Source: a virus | Strand: one strand, 5' to 3' | DNA length: 64,000 bases | IMG/VR virus record: IMGVR_UViG_3300042453_004886 | Location: 130,627 to 194,626 of that record | Shown: one piece after another, positions 25,623 to 35,235 of the stretch | How the letters are laid out: every line of letters starts with the position of its first letter | How positions within the stretch are numbered: the first letter of the stretch is position 1 | Notes under the pieces: generated by a model | What the model was told of the DNA's origin: nothing | The model's database searches: none | The model's input: the letters and a program-made list of their open reading frames with translations, nothing else | Translations under genes and position numbers: made by a program

Positions 25623-25832
25623 ATGGAATCTTTTATTATTCCTCTTATCCAAATGTTTGTAGCAATGCTTGTGTTTGGACTTTCTATTTTTCTTTATAAT
25701 AGCTTTGGCATGATTGGGTTTTTTGCAGCAGTATTTGCTTATTACGTTGCAACAAATCTTGAATTTGAAACATCCTACGAGGAAGATCTTGATTTAAATC
25801 AAGCCCTTTCTCAGTCTTTCAAGGAAGAATAA
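25623..25832 (+). CDS. Small membrane protein (two hydrophobic segments)
   Basis: Hydrophobic N-terminal 45 aa with an acidic tail. Confidence 0.65.
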   Translation: MESFIIPLIQMFVAMLVFGLSIFLYNSFGMIGFFAAVFAYYVATNLEFETSYEEDLDLNQALSQSFKEE

Positions 25833-25838
25833 TTAAAT

Positions 25839-25862
25839 AGGGGCGGCCCAATTGCCGCCCCT
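25839..25862. terminator. GC hairpin
   Basis: AGGGGCGGC-CCAATT-GCCGCCCCT. Confidence 0.6.
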
Positions 25863-26025
25863 CTGCAATCCTTGGTAATCTCTTTCAGTGGGCCAGTGCG
25901 CACTGTCGTCCACCAAGAGCACCAAGTTGGTTCCAAGATAGCAAGAAACGAGTTCAAGCGTCAACAGGTTACTTTGTTTCGTTTGTCTAATATAATTGTG
26001 AATTAAGAACTAGAGGAGAACACAC

Positions 26026-26502
26026 ATGGCAGACGTATTTCAAGGCCCTTACGCGCACGCAGAGAATGCGCCGATGTTTGTTCAAAAGTGCATCTGTCCC
26101 CTGTCTTGTCCGGAACACCCAGACGTTCCTTTGATTGATCCCGCTGAAGAATTGGCAAGGCAAGTAAATCAAAGTACAGAGCTTATTTCAAGCTACGTTA
26201 CACCGCCTTCTATCATTCCCGTAGTCATCGAGAATGCAAAACAAATTCTTGAAGACAATCAAATTTCTATTCAAGAAATGGGCGAGTCAATCGCTGTAAG
26301 AACTGCAACGGGTTTGATTACTTTCTCCTACGAAGTTGCAAATGCGCTTTGTCAAGAAATTCTTTCATCTCGTAAAAGAATTGAATTGACACTTCCAGAA
26401 ACTTTAGATACAACTATACAAACACTCAAACAAAGAGCTGGTCACGACATGGAACCGCTGATTGATATGATCGAAAAGCTTTTAAAGAACAAAAATGGTT
26501 AG
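26026..26502 (+). CDS. Hypothetical protein
   Basis: 158-aa ORF with GAGGAG RBS; CICPLSCPEHP. Confidence 0.75.
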   Translation: MADVFQGPYAHAENAPMFVQKCICPLSCPEHPDVPLIDPAEELARQVNQSTELISSYVTPPSIIPVVIENAKQILEDNQISIQEMGESIAVRTATGLITFSYEVANALCQEILSSRKRIELTLPETLDTTIQTLKQRAGHDMEPLIDMIEKLLKNKNG

Positions 26503-27961
26503 GTATATAAGTGTTATTACTGACTATGAGTACTTGCTATGGCAGCAAGAACTACAGGTATTTAATTTCAAACTGCTCGAGATCTTAGATCAACTGACCG
26601 TTGTTGTTCTCAGAGATTCTGGAGTTCCACTCAGCGAGCACGCTAAGAAGCTTGCCGATCTGGTCGACGTTCACTATTTCGTGAATGATCAGCCAGATCG
26701 TTCTTATATTCCCAGTAACAAACCTTGGGGATTGATGAAGCTTCTTGAAAAGCATCCCGAGTATGGCGAAGAAGTTTTCCTGCTTGACTCAGATGTCATT
26801 TTTAAAGAACGCCTGAATTTTAACAACATCAACCGTAGAAAAAACGACAAGACTTGGTATGTGTCCAACTGCGTAGGTTACCTTGGATACAGCTACTTGG
26901 TTGATCAGCTTGGAGAAGAGCTGGTCGATCAAATGGCTCAAGTTGTAGGACTAACTGGAGAGCGCCTGAAGAAAGAGCAACTAAACTCAGGCGGTGCTCA
27001 GTATTACATGAAAAACGTGACTGCTGACTTCTGTAAGCAAGTTGCTCTGGATTCAATCAATATTTATAACTGGTCTATTCAACACAAGAAACCCGACGGG
27101 TCTTACAAGATTCAAGTCTGGACCGCGGAGATGTGGTCATGGCTCTGGAATGCTTTTAAAGTTGCTGACGTTAAAGTTAGTTACGAAATGCGATTCTCTT
27201 GGGCACCTCACGACATAGAAGAGTGGTACTCGTGCAAGATGCTACACCTTGCAGGTGTTGTCGGAGAAGAGAAAAACAATTTCTACAAGGGAAAATACGC
27301 AAACAAAGCGCCTTGGGAAGTTGAAACTAACTTTCATCATGTAGATCGATCCAAGTGCTGGGGTCCCTATGTAGAGCTCATAGAAGCCTACAAAAGCCTT
27401 CCTACAAAGCGAGGAGTTGTCTGCTACCTTGACGATACGCCAGAGGCCGTAGAAAGCGCTACAAGGCTGTTTGAGAGCATCCTAAACTCTGGGCATCAGG
27501 ATACAGACCTGATCCTGTTTGGCTCAATAAAAACTCTTTCAAATATGAGTAACCATCCAAGGTTAGCTAAGATTGTTACAAACCCAGAACCAGGGTCTGA
27601 AGTAGCACCCGAACTGAACTCATACGCATGCTTTAAAAACGACCACGGTGTTTTGTACAAATACAGCCACCTTTTAAAAACAAATGTGTCTACTGTAATC
27701 AAACAAAACTGGAAGGATTTCCTACCAGATAGGCTTGTAACTGGTCCAAAATCGTTTCCAGATTACACTTTTTACGGACCTACATCTCAAGTTCTAGAAG
27801 TATGCCAAGCAGGTCTGAGGCACGCAAAAAGAGTTTTACACGACATGGAACACCGCGCTCCTTTTTATTCAGTTTATACAGAAATAGTAAATAGAATTCA
27901 CTGGTTTGAAGAACGGTTAGAGGAAAAAGATTTACCTTGGGCTACTGCTAATCTTGTATAA
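26495..27961 (+). CDS. Putative GT-A fold glycosyltransferase (peptide O-glycosyltransferase-like) with a second, degenerate domain
   Basis: YIPSNKPWG; FLLDSDVIF (DxD); GGAQY; WTAEMW; LHLAG. The C-terminal ~180 aa (DTDLILFG...YSHLLKTNV) resemble a decayed GT-like domain. Confidence 0.7.
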   Translation: MVRYISVITDYEYLLWQQELQVFNFKLLEILDQLTVVVLRDSGVPLSEHAKKLADLVDVHYFVNDQPDRSYIPSNKPWGLMKLLEKHPEYGEEVFLLDSDVIFKERLNFNNINRRKNDKTWYVSNCVGYLGYSYLVDQLGEELVDQMAQVVGLTGERLKKEQLNSGGAQYYMKNVTADFCKQVALDSINIYNWSIQHKKPDGSYKIQVWTAEMWSWLWNAFKVADVKVSYEMRFSWAPHDIEEWYSCKMLHLAGVVGEEKNNFYKGKYANKAPWEVETNFHHVDRSKCWGPYVELIEAYKSLPTKRGVVCYLDDTPEAVESATRLFESILNSGHQDTDLILFGSIKTLSNMSNHPRLAKIVTNPEPGSEVAPELNSYACFKNDHGVLYKYSHLLKTNVSTVIKQNWKDFLPDRLVTGPKSFPDYTFYGPTSQVLEVCQAGLRHAKRVLHDMEHRAPFYSVYTEIVNRIHWFEERLEEKDLPWATANLV

Positions 27962-28017
27962 TTCAGTTCATCATGGTATTGTCTATAATTATATACGTAT
28001 ACCTTAGAGGATAAACC

Positions 28018-29133
28018 ATGGCTTACAAATTTACGTTTGCTGATGGCAGCTCAACAGTAAATTTAGTACCTGAAACAGCTACAAAAGCTATCTGGTACTT
28101 AAAAGAAGCTCTTAAATCAGCTGGCTGGGTTGTCAAACATACGTTTAAAGCAGCAAGCCAAACCTTGGAGTCTCCCGACTCAACTGGAACAACTTCTGAT
28201 ATTTCTCCAGATTCAGATGGCTTAGCATCAAATGGCTCTTGGTTTGTCATTCAGCAACCTTCAGCTAATGCAGACTCAAGCCCTGTTCAAGCACCTTTTG
28301 GCGGAACCAGACAGTATATATTTGTTCGAGGAAATGACGATAAGCAATGGTATATTGGCTACAGTTACACAGGTACATTTGGAAACGCAACTGTAACTGA
28401 TATTGCTTATGCTCCGGATGAAAAACCAGTAATCGGTTCTGTTCCCTTTGTATCAAGAAATACGTCAAATCATGAAATTTCTGGAATAACATTTACTTAC
28501 AACATGTTTCCAGATGTAGTAAGCACGGGTGGATCCGTTCTTCAGTTAGGTGTTTCGGATAAAGCTCCGTTTACTTTTTACTTTGTAAACTACATTAGTG
28601 GAACAAATCAAAACGCTGACACTGGCGCAACTACAGGTTTCATGACGGAAGCAATGGCTCCGGGTACGTTTACTTTTGATTCAGACAATCCGTATAACCC
28701 GGCGTTTACGGACATTGATCCAATTGTTCACTATATTCACCCTTACATTGGCTATTACTCCTATTACGGAATGGTTCAGCCAACTGCTGCTTTTTCAGTA
28801 GGAATGCTTTCTCAGAGTGCTACAAATGGAAAAATGTGGTTTAAACCTACTTCAGGAAACGCTCAGTGGGGTAATGTATCAGCTGGCTTAACGTCATTTA
28901 CTTCCGGAAGTGTTCCAAACGGTATGGGGAACGACCACATAACAAATAAAGTTATTCTTGTTCCAATACAGTGGGGATCAGGCTCACTTGGTTTGAGAGG
29001 GATTGGTTCAACATTTAGGTGGCCTTCCAGTAATCTTTTACACGGTCAGCTTGTTTCTGGGGCTACTGATAAAGTTTGCTTTGATGATCTTGTATTTCCT
29101 TGGCCAAGTGATGAAATCATTCCTTTCAGGTAA
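28018..29133 (+). CDS. Putative virion structural protein
   Basis: 371-aa Gly/Ser/Thr-rich beta protein at the head of the structural operon; GAGG RBS. Confidence 0.6.
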   Translation: MAYKFTFADGSSTVNLVPETATKAIWYLKEALKSAGWVVKHTFKAASQTLESPDSTGTTSDISPDSDGLASNGSWFVIQQPSANADSSPVQAPFGGTRQYIFVRGNDDKQWYIGYSYTGTFGNATVTDIAYAPDEKPVIGSVPFVSRNTSNHEISGITFTYNMFPDVVSTGGSVLQLGVSDKAPFTFYFVNYISGTNQNADTGATTGFMTEAMAPGTFTFDSDNPYNPAFTDIDPIVHYIHPYIGYYSYYGMVQPTAAFSVGMLSQSATNGKMWFKPTSGNAQWGNVSAGLTSFTSGSVPNGMGNDHITNKVILVPIQWGSGSLGLRGIGSTFRWPSSNLLHGQLVSGATDKVCFDDLVFPWPSDEIIPFR

Positions 29134-29138
29134 TTTAA

Positions 29139-29843
29139 ATGGATGTTTTGGAAAGCTTTGAGTGGTCAACCTATAGCTTTGAATCTGGCTTAAACATATT
29201 TTTAGCTGTAGAAGTAAACTACACCTTAGAGCCTTTTAAAATAAAAAGTTACTACAACTTATCAAACTACACTTTAGAAACTTCTAACATTAAAGTTTAC
29301 TCAAGTGACTATCCCACCTCCGCAGTGGCTTTTAGAGAAATTACGCTTACTCCCCCAACTACAACTACAACTACAACTACAACTACAACTACAACTATTC
29401 CCCCGACAACTACTACAACAACTACAGAGCCTCCCACAGCAACAACAACTACAACAACTACAACAACTACAACTACAGAGGCTCCCACGACAACTACAAC
29501 AACAATTCCGCCCACTACCACTACAACAACAACTACAGAACCTCCTACGACTACTACAACAACGATTCCTCCAACTACTACAACTACGACTACAACGACT
29601 ACAATACTGCCTACGACCACTACAACAACGATTCCCCCAACAACCACTACAACTACAACTACACGAGTTCCTGAAGTTGAAGTAGTTGTGAGGATGGGGG
29701 ATTGCTCAAGAACTTACACTTTCGAGGCTGCATCAAGAACTTATCCTAGGCCTTCTTCTTCAAGAACAATGCCTGATGTTTGTCTTGGTCAAAAATTTGG
29801 TTTTGGCTACGCAGAATTTGGATCTAGTGGTTTTGGTACCTAG
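29139..29843 (+). CDS. Mucin-like Thr/Pro-rich protein with C-terminal Gly-Phe repeat
   Basis: About 105-residue (T)n-IPP/EPP/EAP repeat; ends GFGYAEFGSSGFGT. Confidence 0.8.
   Translation: MDVLESFEWSTYSFESGLNIFLAVEVNYTLEPFKIKSYYNLSNYTLETSNIKVYSSDYPTSAVAFREITLTPPTTTTTTTTTTTTTIPPTTTTTTTEPPTATTTTTTTTTTTTEAPTTTTTTIPPTTTTTTTTEPPTTTTTTIPPTTTTTTTTTTILPTTTTTTIPPTTTTTTTTRVPEVEVVVRMGDCSRTYTFEAASRTYPRPSSSRTMPDVCLGQKFGFGYAEFGSSGFGT
29356..29397. repeat. (CAACTA)7 microsatellite inside the Thr tract
   Basis: Seven exact hexamer copies; unit length preserves the frame. Confidence 0.9.
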
Positions 29844-29854
29844 GGAGAATTAAT

Positions 29855-31657
29855 ATGTCAACTGAACCAGATCCTATTCCTCCTATCACCAGAAAAACTA
29901 CAAACTTTAAATTAAACCTCCACGAACGTAAGATGCGGGAGTGGACTAAAACCATGAATGATAACTTTGAAATATTGGATAGAATTGTAGGGAAGTTGGT
30001 TCCAACTCCGCCCCCAAGTTTATCAACAAAAACTCCTGTACTTACAAATGCTTATTCAGCAAGACAAGCAGGGACAGGTATTTTACGATCAACTGTAACA
30101 GACGCTTACATGCCTACTGTAGAAGTAAGTTCTTTTTATGACGGAGACGCTGGAACTCTAGAAGCTTTTATTAATGGCATTTCTGTAGGTTCCAAAGTTT
30201 TATCTGAAGCAAACGATGAAGGAACCTACGACAGGCTTGTGATTGTATCTGATTCAGATCCTTACGTAGGTACTCAAGGTAAAGAAAACTTCTATAAACA
30301 GCTTACAGCTAGATTTAGCCCTTCTAATTACTTATCTCCTGGAGGCGCTGGACACACTTTTCAACTCAAACACTCTAATACAGGAGACTCTTCTACTCTA
30401 AACGTATGGGTAGATAACTCCGGATCACCTTCAATTGACCAATCCTCTGTAAGCATTTCTATGCCAAGCACAAGCTCTGGATCCTCCCAAAAAGTTGCAA
30501 GTGTAACCGGAATGACCATCGCTATTAGCGTAACAGCATCTAGCTCGACTCCGGTTGGAGAGTACTATTTAAACTATACAAACATGTCAGGAATGCATTT
30601 AATAAGTCTCACTGGAAGTTTATTCAACTCAGTAGATAGTTTAAATGTAATGAACTGGCCAGTTAACTGGACAACTAACAATGGTCTAACTTTTACCTTT
30701 AAAACTCAGCCACCCATGTCAAATGAAAGCCAGCCTGTTCTTGTAAGCATGGGGTCTTCCTCGCCCTCTACCCCAACATTTTCAAAACACGTATCCGGTG
30801 TTCCAGTACTAAACACAGGAGACCTCTTGAGCGTTTCCTACACTGTAAATGGAGCAGTAGGTAACTTTTATAATGCGACTAGAGTTGCACGAATTGAATC
30901 AAGCGTTGCAAATACAGTAGATATTGCTCCAGCAACGTCTCCGTACTCTAGCGGAGACCCCATACAGGTTAATTTACAAGTTCCCATCAAATCTAACTCA
31001 TTTGCAGTAAATGCAAGTTTTAAGCTACTTGGTTATAACTCTAAAGGTATTTCAGCATCCTTAGATCATTTTTCAAACTTAAGAGTAGACTCCATTTCAA
31101 ACGAATCTCAAAGATTAAAGTCAGGTGCTGGTCAGTTTCCCACAAAAGGTTCAACTTCAGCTCAGTTTGGGGATCCTTTTGATTCCACAGAATCACTGAT
31201 GCTCAATGAAGAACTTTTGATGGAAGGCGGAGTTTACAAGTTTCCTCAACCTGTAAATTACTCATCTTTTGGAGGACCAGATTACTCACTTATAAATGGC
31301 GGGAGTTACAGCAATTTCAGGTGGGTAACCCTGAACCTTGGAACTTTAAGCCAAGCAAGTGGTATGTCTTTGACATTTCAAAATGCTGCTAACTTTGGAT
31401 CAGGAGTAATCAACTCTGCTTTAAAGATATATGTAAAAGTTGATGGATCAACCGGATGGCTAGACGCCTCAACTGCTTATCAGGGAGGCGGAGTAAGTCC
31501 CGCAGATGATGGAGACGCTGCTCTGGTTGTTTCAAGCTCGAGTACTACAATAAAAAGAATAACTTTTGGACCTACAGTAAGATCTGGAATAGTATATGCA
31601 CGCATAGGAATACAAAAAGGATCTACAATATCTTTTAGTGGAGTTGTGAGGTCTTAA
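29855..31657 (+). CDS. Putative virion structural protein
   Basis: TTNFKLNL...W...MNDNFEILD fibre-type N-terminus; 600 aa, Ser/Thr-rich. Confidence 0.7.
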   Translation: MSTEPDPIPPITRKTTNFKLNLHERKMREWTKTMNDNFEILDRIVGKLVPTPPPSLSTKTPVLTNAYSARQAGTGILRSTVTDAYMPTVEVSSFYDGDAGTLEAFINGISVGSKVLSEANDEGTYDRLVIVSDSDPYVGTQGKENFYKQLTARFSPSNYLSPGGAGHTFQLKHSNTGDSSTLNVWVDNSGSPSIDQSSVSISMPSTSSGSSQKVASVTGMTIAISVTASSSTPVGEYYLNYTNMSGMHLISLTGSLFNSVDSLNVMNWPVNWTTNNGLTFTFKTQPPMSNESQPVLVSMGSSSPSTPTFSKHVSGVPVLNTGDLLSVSYTVNGAVGNFYNATRVARIESSVANTVDIAPATSPYSSGDPIQVNLQVPIKSNSFAVNASFKLLGYNSKGISASLDHFSNLRVDSISNESQRLKSGAGQFPTKGSTSAQFGDPFDSTESLMLNEELLMEGGVYKFPQPVNYSSFGGPDYSLINGGSYSNFRWVTLNLGTLSQASGMSLTFQNAANFGSGVINSALKIYVKVDGSTGWLDASTAYQGGGVSPADDGDAALVVSSSSTTIKRITFGPTVRSGIVYARIGIQKGSTISFSGVVRS

Positions 31658-31658
31658 C

Positions 31659-34600
31659 ATGGCGCTGAGTGCAAACCAAATAGCGGATATCCTGTTTAAA
31701 AAAGTAGCGGCTTCAGTATCTACTTCATCGGTGTCTAAAAACTACTTTGAAGAAGGTATTTCATCAAGGCTTGCTGTATTTGCTTCACAAATCTGGGCTG
31801 AAGAAGACAGGATTCCTGAAACTGCTCCTTTGACTTCAGACGATGTCGTACAAAAGATAGATGATCTTGTACTCGATATGGTCCCCGGCAGTCAAAATGC
31901 TTCTTACAGTCACGTCGATTTAAAAGATGTTATTCCATATAACTACGGGGATGGAAGCTACAATTACGTTCTCAAAAATAGCCAAGGTACCCGAATCGAC
32001 CTTGGACAGAACGATTGGTACCTTGATACGGAATCTGGAACTTTAACTTTCTTCAATGGCGTACCTGCAAATATGCCTCCTAAAATTAGTTGTTACAAGT
32101 ACGTTGGTAAAAAAGGAATATCCAGCACGGGAAATACCTCTTCCGGTTCAAATTCAAGCTATTTGGTTGTAGACGAGCTTACTAAAATAGCTAATCTAGA
32201 CGTAGTTGGTTCTTTTGAAGGACAGCTTGCTTGCGTACTTCAAACTGACGAGCTTTACATGTGGAAAATTGATAGAAATCAATTTCCAGAGTATAGCAGC
32301 TGGGTAAAAATATCTTTTGTAGCTACAGACGAAACAAGTACCGAACTTGTTCCAAACGCATCCATGACCGTTGCGGGTAAGGTTAAAACCAGCAGTCCTA
32401 ACTCAAGCGTAACAAGCGACGCTCCGATTGTTGTAGAAACAAACGATCCAAGAATGTTTGATTCCAGGGTGCCGACGCTTCATGCCAAGAGCCACTGGGA
32501 TGATAGTATCAACTCCGAGACAGGACTTCCTTTTTCTACTGACAGAATTCCAGATGTAACGGCTACTAATGTCGGTTTTATGACACCTGCCATGCTAGCA
32601 GACTTGAACAAAGCTGCTACGCTTCCATACCCGCTCAACATGAAACTCAGGGGTCAGTTTGTCTCTGAAGTATTTGATGCTACACAAGAAACTGCACCAT
32701 TCTCCGAAATAAATTTAACTACTCGAGCACAAGCTAGCGGGTGGGCTTTCACTGAAACTGAGTCATCAAAAGGTATTATTGCTAACTCAAATCCACTTGC
32801 AAAGGTACATTTATTTAGACTGAGCGGGGATCCATTAACAGATTCAAACACCAACAAAGAAATATATGCCAAATTTAGCGTAGTAGATAACACATGGAAA
32901 CTGAAATACTACACAACCGATGCTAACGGAGATGAGCAAGCTTATACGTTTACGCAAACACCTCTAGAAGCCCATAAAGCAAAAGTTCCCAAGATCTTTG
33001 ATCTCTGGGATATGCCAGTTTTTGACCCTACTCTAGCGGCTCCTGGAGCTGTTCCGGATACGGTCCCTACAGCAACCAATACAACCTTGGGTGTTGTGAC
33101 ACTTGGGGGATCTGGGCCATTTGCAGCAGCTCCTAACAGCCACGCTGTGGAAGAAGAAACCGCTCACGGTGGTTTTGTCTCCAGTATAAAAGTAAATGGT
33201 GAAGAAAACGGAACACCTCCAGGCGAAGTTGTATTAAAGTCAGGCGCCGGTATGAGCATTATTCGCGCCGGTAATCAAATTACTTTTACAAGTTCCGGCG
33301 GTGGCGGAGGAGCTACAAGTGTTTTTGCAGGAGCTGATGGTCAAATAGGGTTTACCTCACTATCAGCTGCTCCTCTTGATGCTTCTGTTCCAATTGCTTT
33401 AAGTGAGTCAGATACAAGAGTTGTTTTAAACAGCCAAGACTCACAATTTGATTCTGGTACAAAGCAATCTTTTCAAAATATTATTTTAAGATCTCAGAAC
33501 ACAGGATCGATTCAAGTTCCAGTTCAAGGCCAGATTGTAAGAAATCAGTCTAATCAAGTTGTAGAGTACATCAATAACGACTGGAGACCTCTCGTTCAGA
33601 TTCCAGATGCATCTACAAGTGAAAAAGGATTGATGCTACCAAGTCATGTGGCAAGTCTTCACTCAAAAGATGACACCACTTCACTTGTAAATAAAAAGAG
33701 AGCCAGTTTAATTCACGGGGGTAAAGAAACCAACGTAACTGGACAAACTCTTGATGTATCCTCAAAGATGAGCGGCTACTCCGCGTCAAACTCGGAATCT
33801 GAAGAGGGAATTGTTGTATTTTCACCGTATAACAAGGTTAACCTTATAGATGCAGACACAGGAAATCCTGTAAAAGACGGGGCTGACGATGTATTCGGTA
33901 GATTAACTAAATCAGGATCCAACTGGACTTTAAGTTTTTACAAGATGGTTGGATCCACTGAAAACACCTACCCCTTGAGTAGTAGAACTTTTAACTGGTA
34001 CGTACAAAGAATTTTCAACCTGTACAGTTTGCCTCTCTTTGACACAACTGTTTCCGTTCCTAGCGGCGTTGTAGATGCAGTTGCAAGAGATGCTTCAGAT
34101 ATTGAAAAAGGTGTCGTTTTTGTAGGTGGAACAGGTACAGAAGCTAACCGTGCCCCAACTTATGCTCAATTAAAAGCTCACCAAGATAGTAACCAAGCTC
34201 ACGGTGGGATAGTTAATACATTTAGAGTATGGACAAGGGACAGTGTAGGTAACAGCTACGATAATAACCTGACCGGACTGGTTCAATTTTCTACATCTAC
34301 AAAATTCAATATTGGCCTTAATGGCAATTCTATTTCTTTAGATACAAATCCAGCTACACCAATTCATCTTTCAGCTGTTAGCTTCAACAGGCCTAATATA
34401 AGTTTAAAACCGGGAGCTTTCCCAACAACTGAGTTACAACCAGGTTCTCTGCACCTAGATAATGCAGGAGAACTGTGGGTCAACTTGAGTGGGAACCCAG
34501 GAGATGCTAACTGGAGAACTGTAGGAAATGACTACTCCATAGAACGGTTTGTAGTTGGTGGAAACTCAGGCATAGCTACTTATACCGGAGTTGTTGTAGG

Positions 34601-35228
34601 AGCAGATGGAAAAGTCATCCAAGCTACTTCAACTAGCACTGCGGGTGACTCCAGGTCTATTGGAATCGTTGTTGCTGTTAACGGTGGGGGCACATCAGCA
34701 GTACCCGGAGATACAGTGTTTGTTAAAATTGATGGAATGCTTAAAAACGTTCCAATTAACAACACCGCTCAGGCTGGAGATTACCTGATCTTGAAAGCAG
34801 GGATTCTTGGTAAAGTCCACTCTGTAGGGTCTTTCCCGACTCCTTACGCTATTGCAAGAGCTGTAAAACCAAGTCAAAACGGCTATGTAGATCTTGTAAT
34901 TGTTCGCATTTCTGCAGGCGTTGGGGCAGGCGGGACAAGAATAATTGATGAGTGGGATAAAGAATCCGAGTCTTACGCAGACGGCTCTGCCCCTTATCCA
35001 AGAACTGCAGATTCTAACGGAGCTTACAGGTACTACCTTTCTCGAGAGCCTATTGTAAGTCAAGGCGTTGTAGTCGTGGCTGGAAATGTAAGGCAACCTA
35101 AAGCCAAATACAGAGTACTCCAAGACATGGTTGCCTCCTCTGCAAATTACCTTAAATGGTATGTATCCCTGAAGTATCCACTTTTACTTGATACAGATAC
35201 CTTATTTGTAGAGTACTTCACGATTTAG
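31659..35228 (+). CDS. Large virion structural/fibre protein
   Basis: 1189 aa; ADILFKKV...QIWAE..RIP N-terminus; NDPRMFDSR.P..HA.SH fibre-type motif. Confidence 0.7.
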   Translation: MALSANQIADILFKKVAASVSTSSVSKNYFEEGISSRLAVFASQIWAEEDRIPETAPLTSDDVVQKIDDLVLDMVPGSQNASYSHVDLKDVIPYNYGDGSYNYVLKNSQGTRIDLGQNDWYLDTESGTLTFFNGVPANMPPKISCYKYVGKKGISSTGNTSSGSNSSYLVVDELTKIANLDVVGSFEGQLACVLQTDELYMWKIDRNQFPEYSSWVKISFVATDETSTELVPNASMTVAGKVKTSSPNSSVTSDAPIVVETNDPRMFDSRVPTLHAKSHWDDSINSETGLPFSTDRIPDVTATNVGFMTPAMLADLNKAATLPYPLNMKLRGQFVSEVFDATQETAPFSEINLTTRAQASGWAFTETESSKGIIANSNPLAKVHLFRLSGDPLTDSNTNKEIYAKFSVVDNTWKLKYYTTDANGDEQAYTFTQTPLEAHKAKVPKIFDLWDMPVFDPTLAAPGAVPDTVPTATNTTLGVVTLGGSGPFAAAPNSHAVEEETAHGGFVSSIKVNGEENGTPPGEVVLKSGAGMSIIRAGNQITFTSSGGGGGATSVFAGADGQIGFTSLSAAPLDASVPIALSESDTRVVLNSQDSQFDSGTKQSFQNIILRSQNTGSIQVPVQGQIVRNQSNQVVEYINNDWRPLVQIPDASTSEKGLMLPSHVASLHSKDDTTSLVNKKRASLIHGGKETNVTGQTLDVSSKMSGYSASNSESEEGIVVFSPYNKVNLIDADTGNPVKDGADDVFGRLTKSGSNWTLSFYKMVGSTENTYPLSSRTFNWYVQRIFNLYSLPLFDTTVSVPSGVVDAVARDASDIEKGVVFVGGTGTEANRAPTYAQLKAHQDSNQAHGGIVNTFRVWTRDSVGNSYDNNLTGLVQFSTSTKFNIGLNGNSISLDTNPATPIHLSAVSFNRPNISLKPGAFPTTELQPGSLHLDNAGELWVNLSGNPGDANWRTVGNDYSIERFVVGGNSGIATYTGVVVGADGKVIQATSTSTAGDSRSIGIVVAVNGGGTSAVPGDTVFVKIDGMLKNVPINNTAQAGDYLILKAGILGKVHSVGSFPTPYAIARAVKPSQNGYVDLVIVRISAGVGAGGTRIIDEWDKESESYADGSAPYPRTADSNGAYRYYLSREPIVSQGVVVVAGNVRQPKAKYRVLQDMVASSANYLKWYVSLKYPLLLDTDTLFVEYFTI

Positions 35229-35235
35229 GAATTAT

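Noticed and set aside
29305-29685. Gln/Leu-repeat ORF and antisense poly-Val ORF (29309..29647)
   Set aside because: These are shifted and antisense readings of the Thr-codon repeat of 29139..29843.
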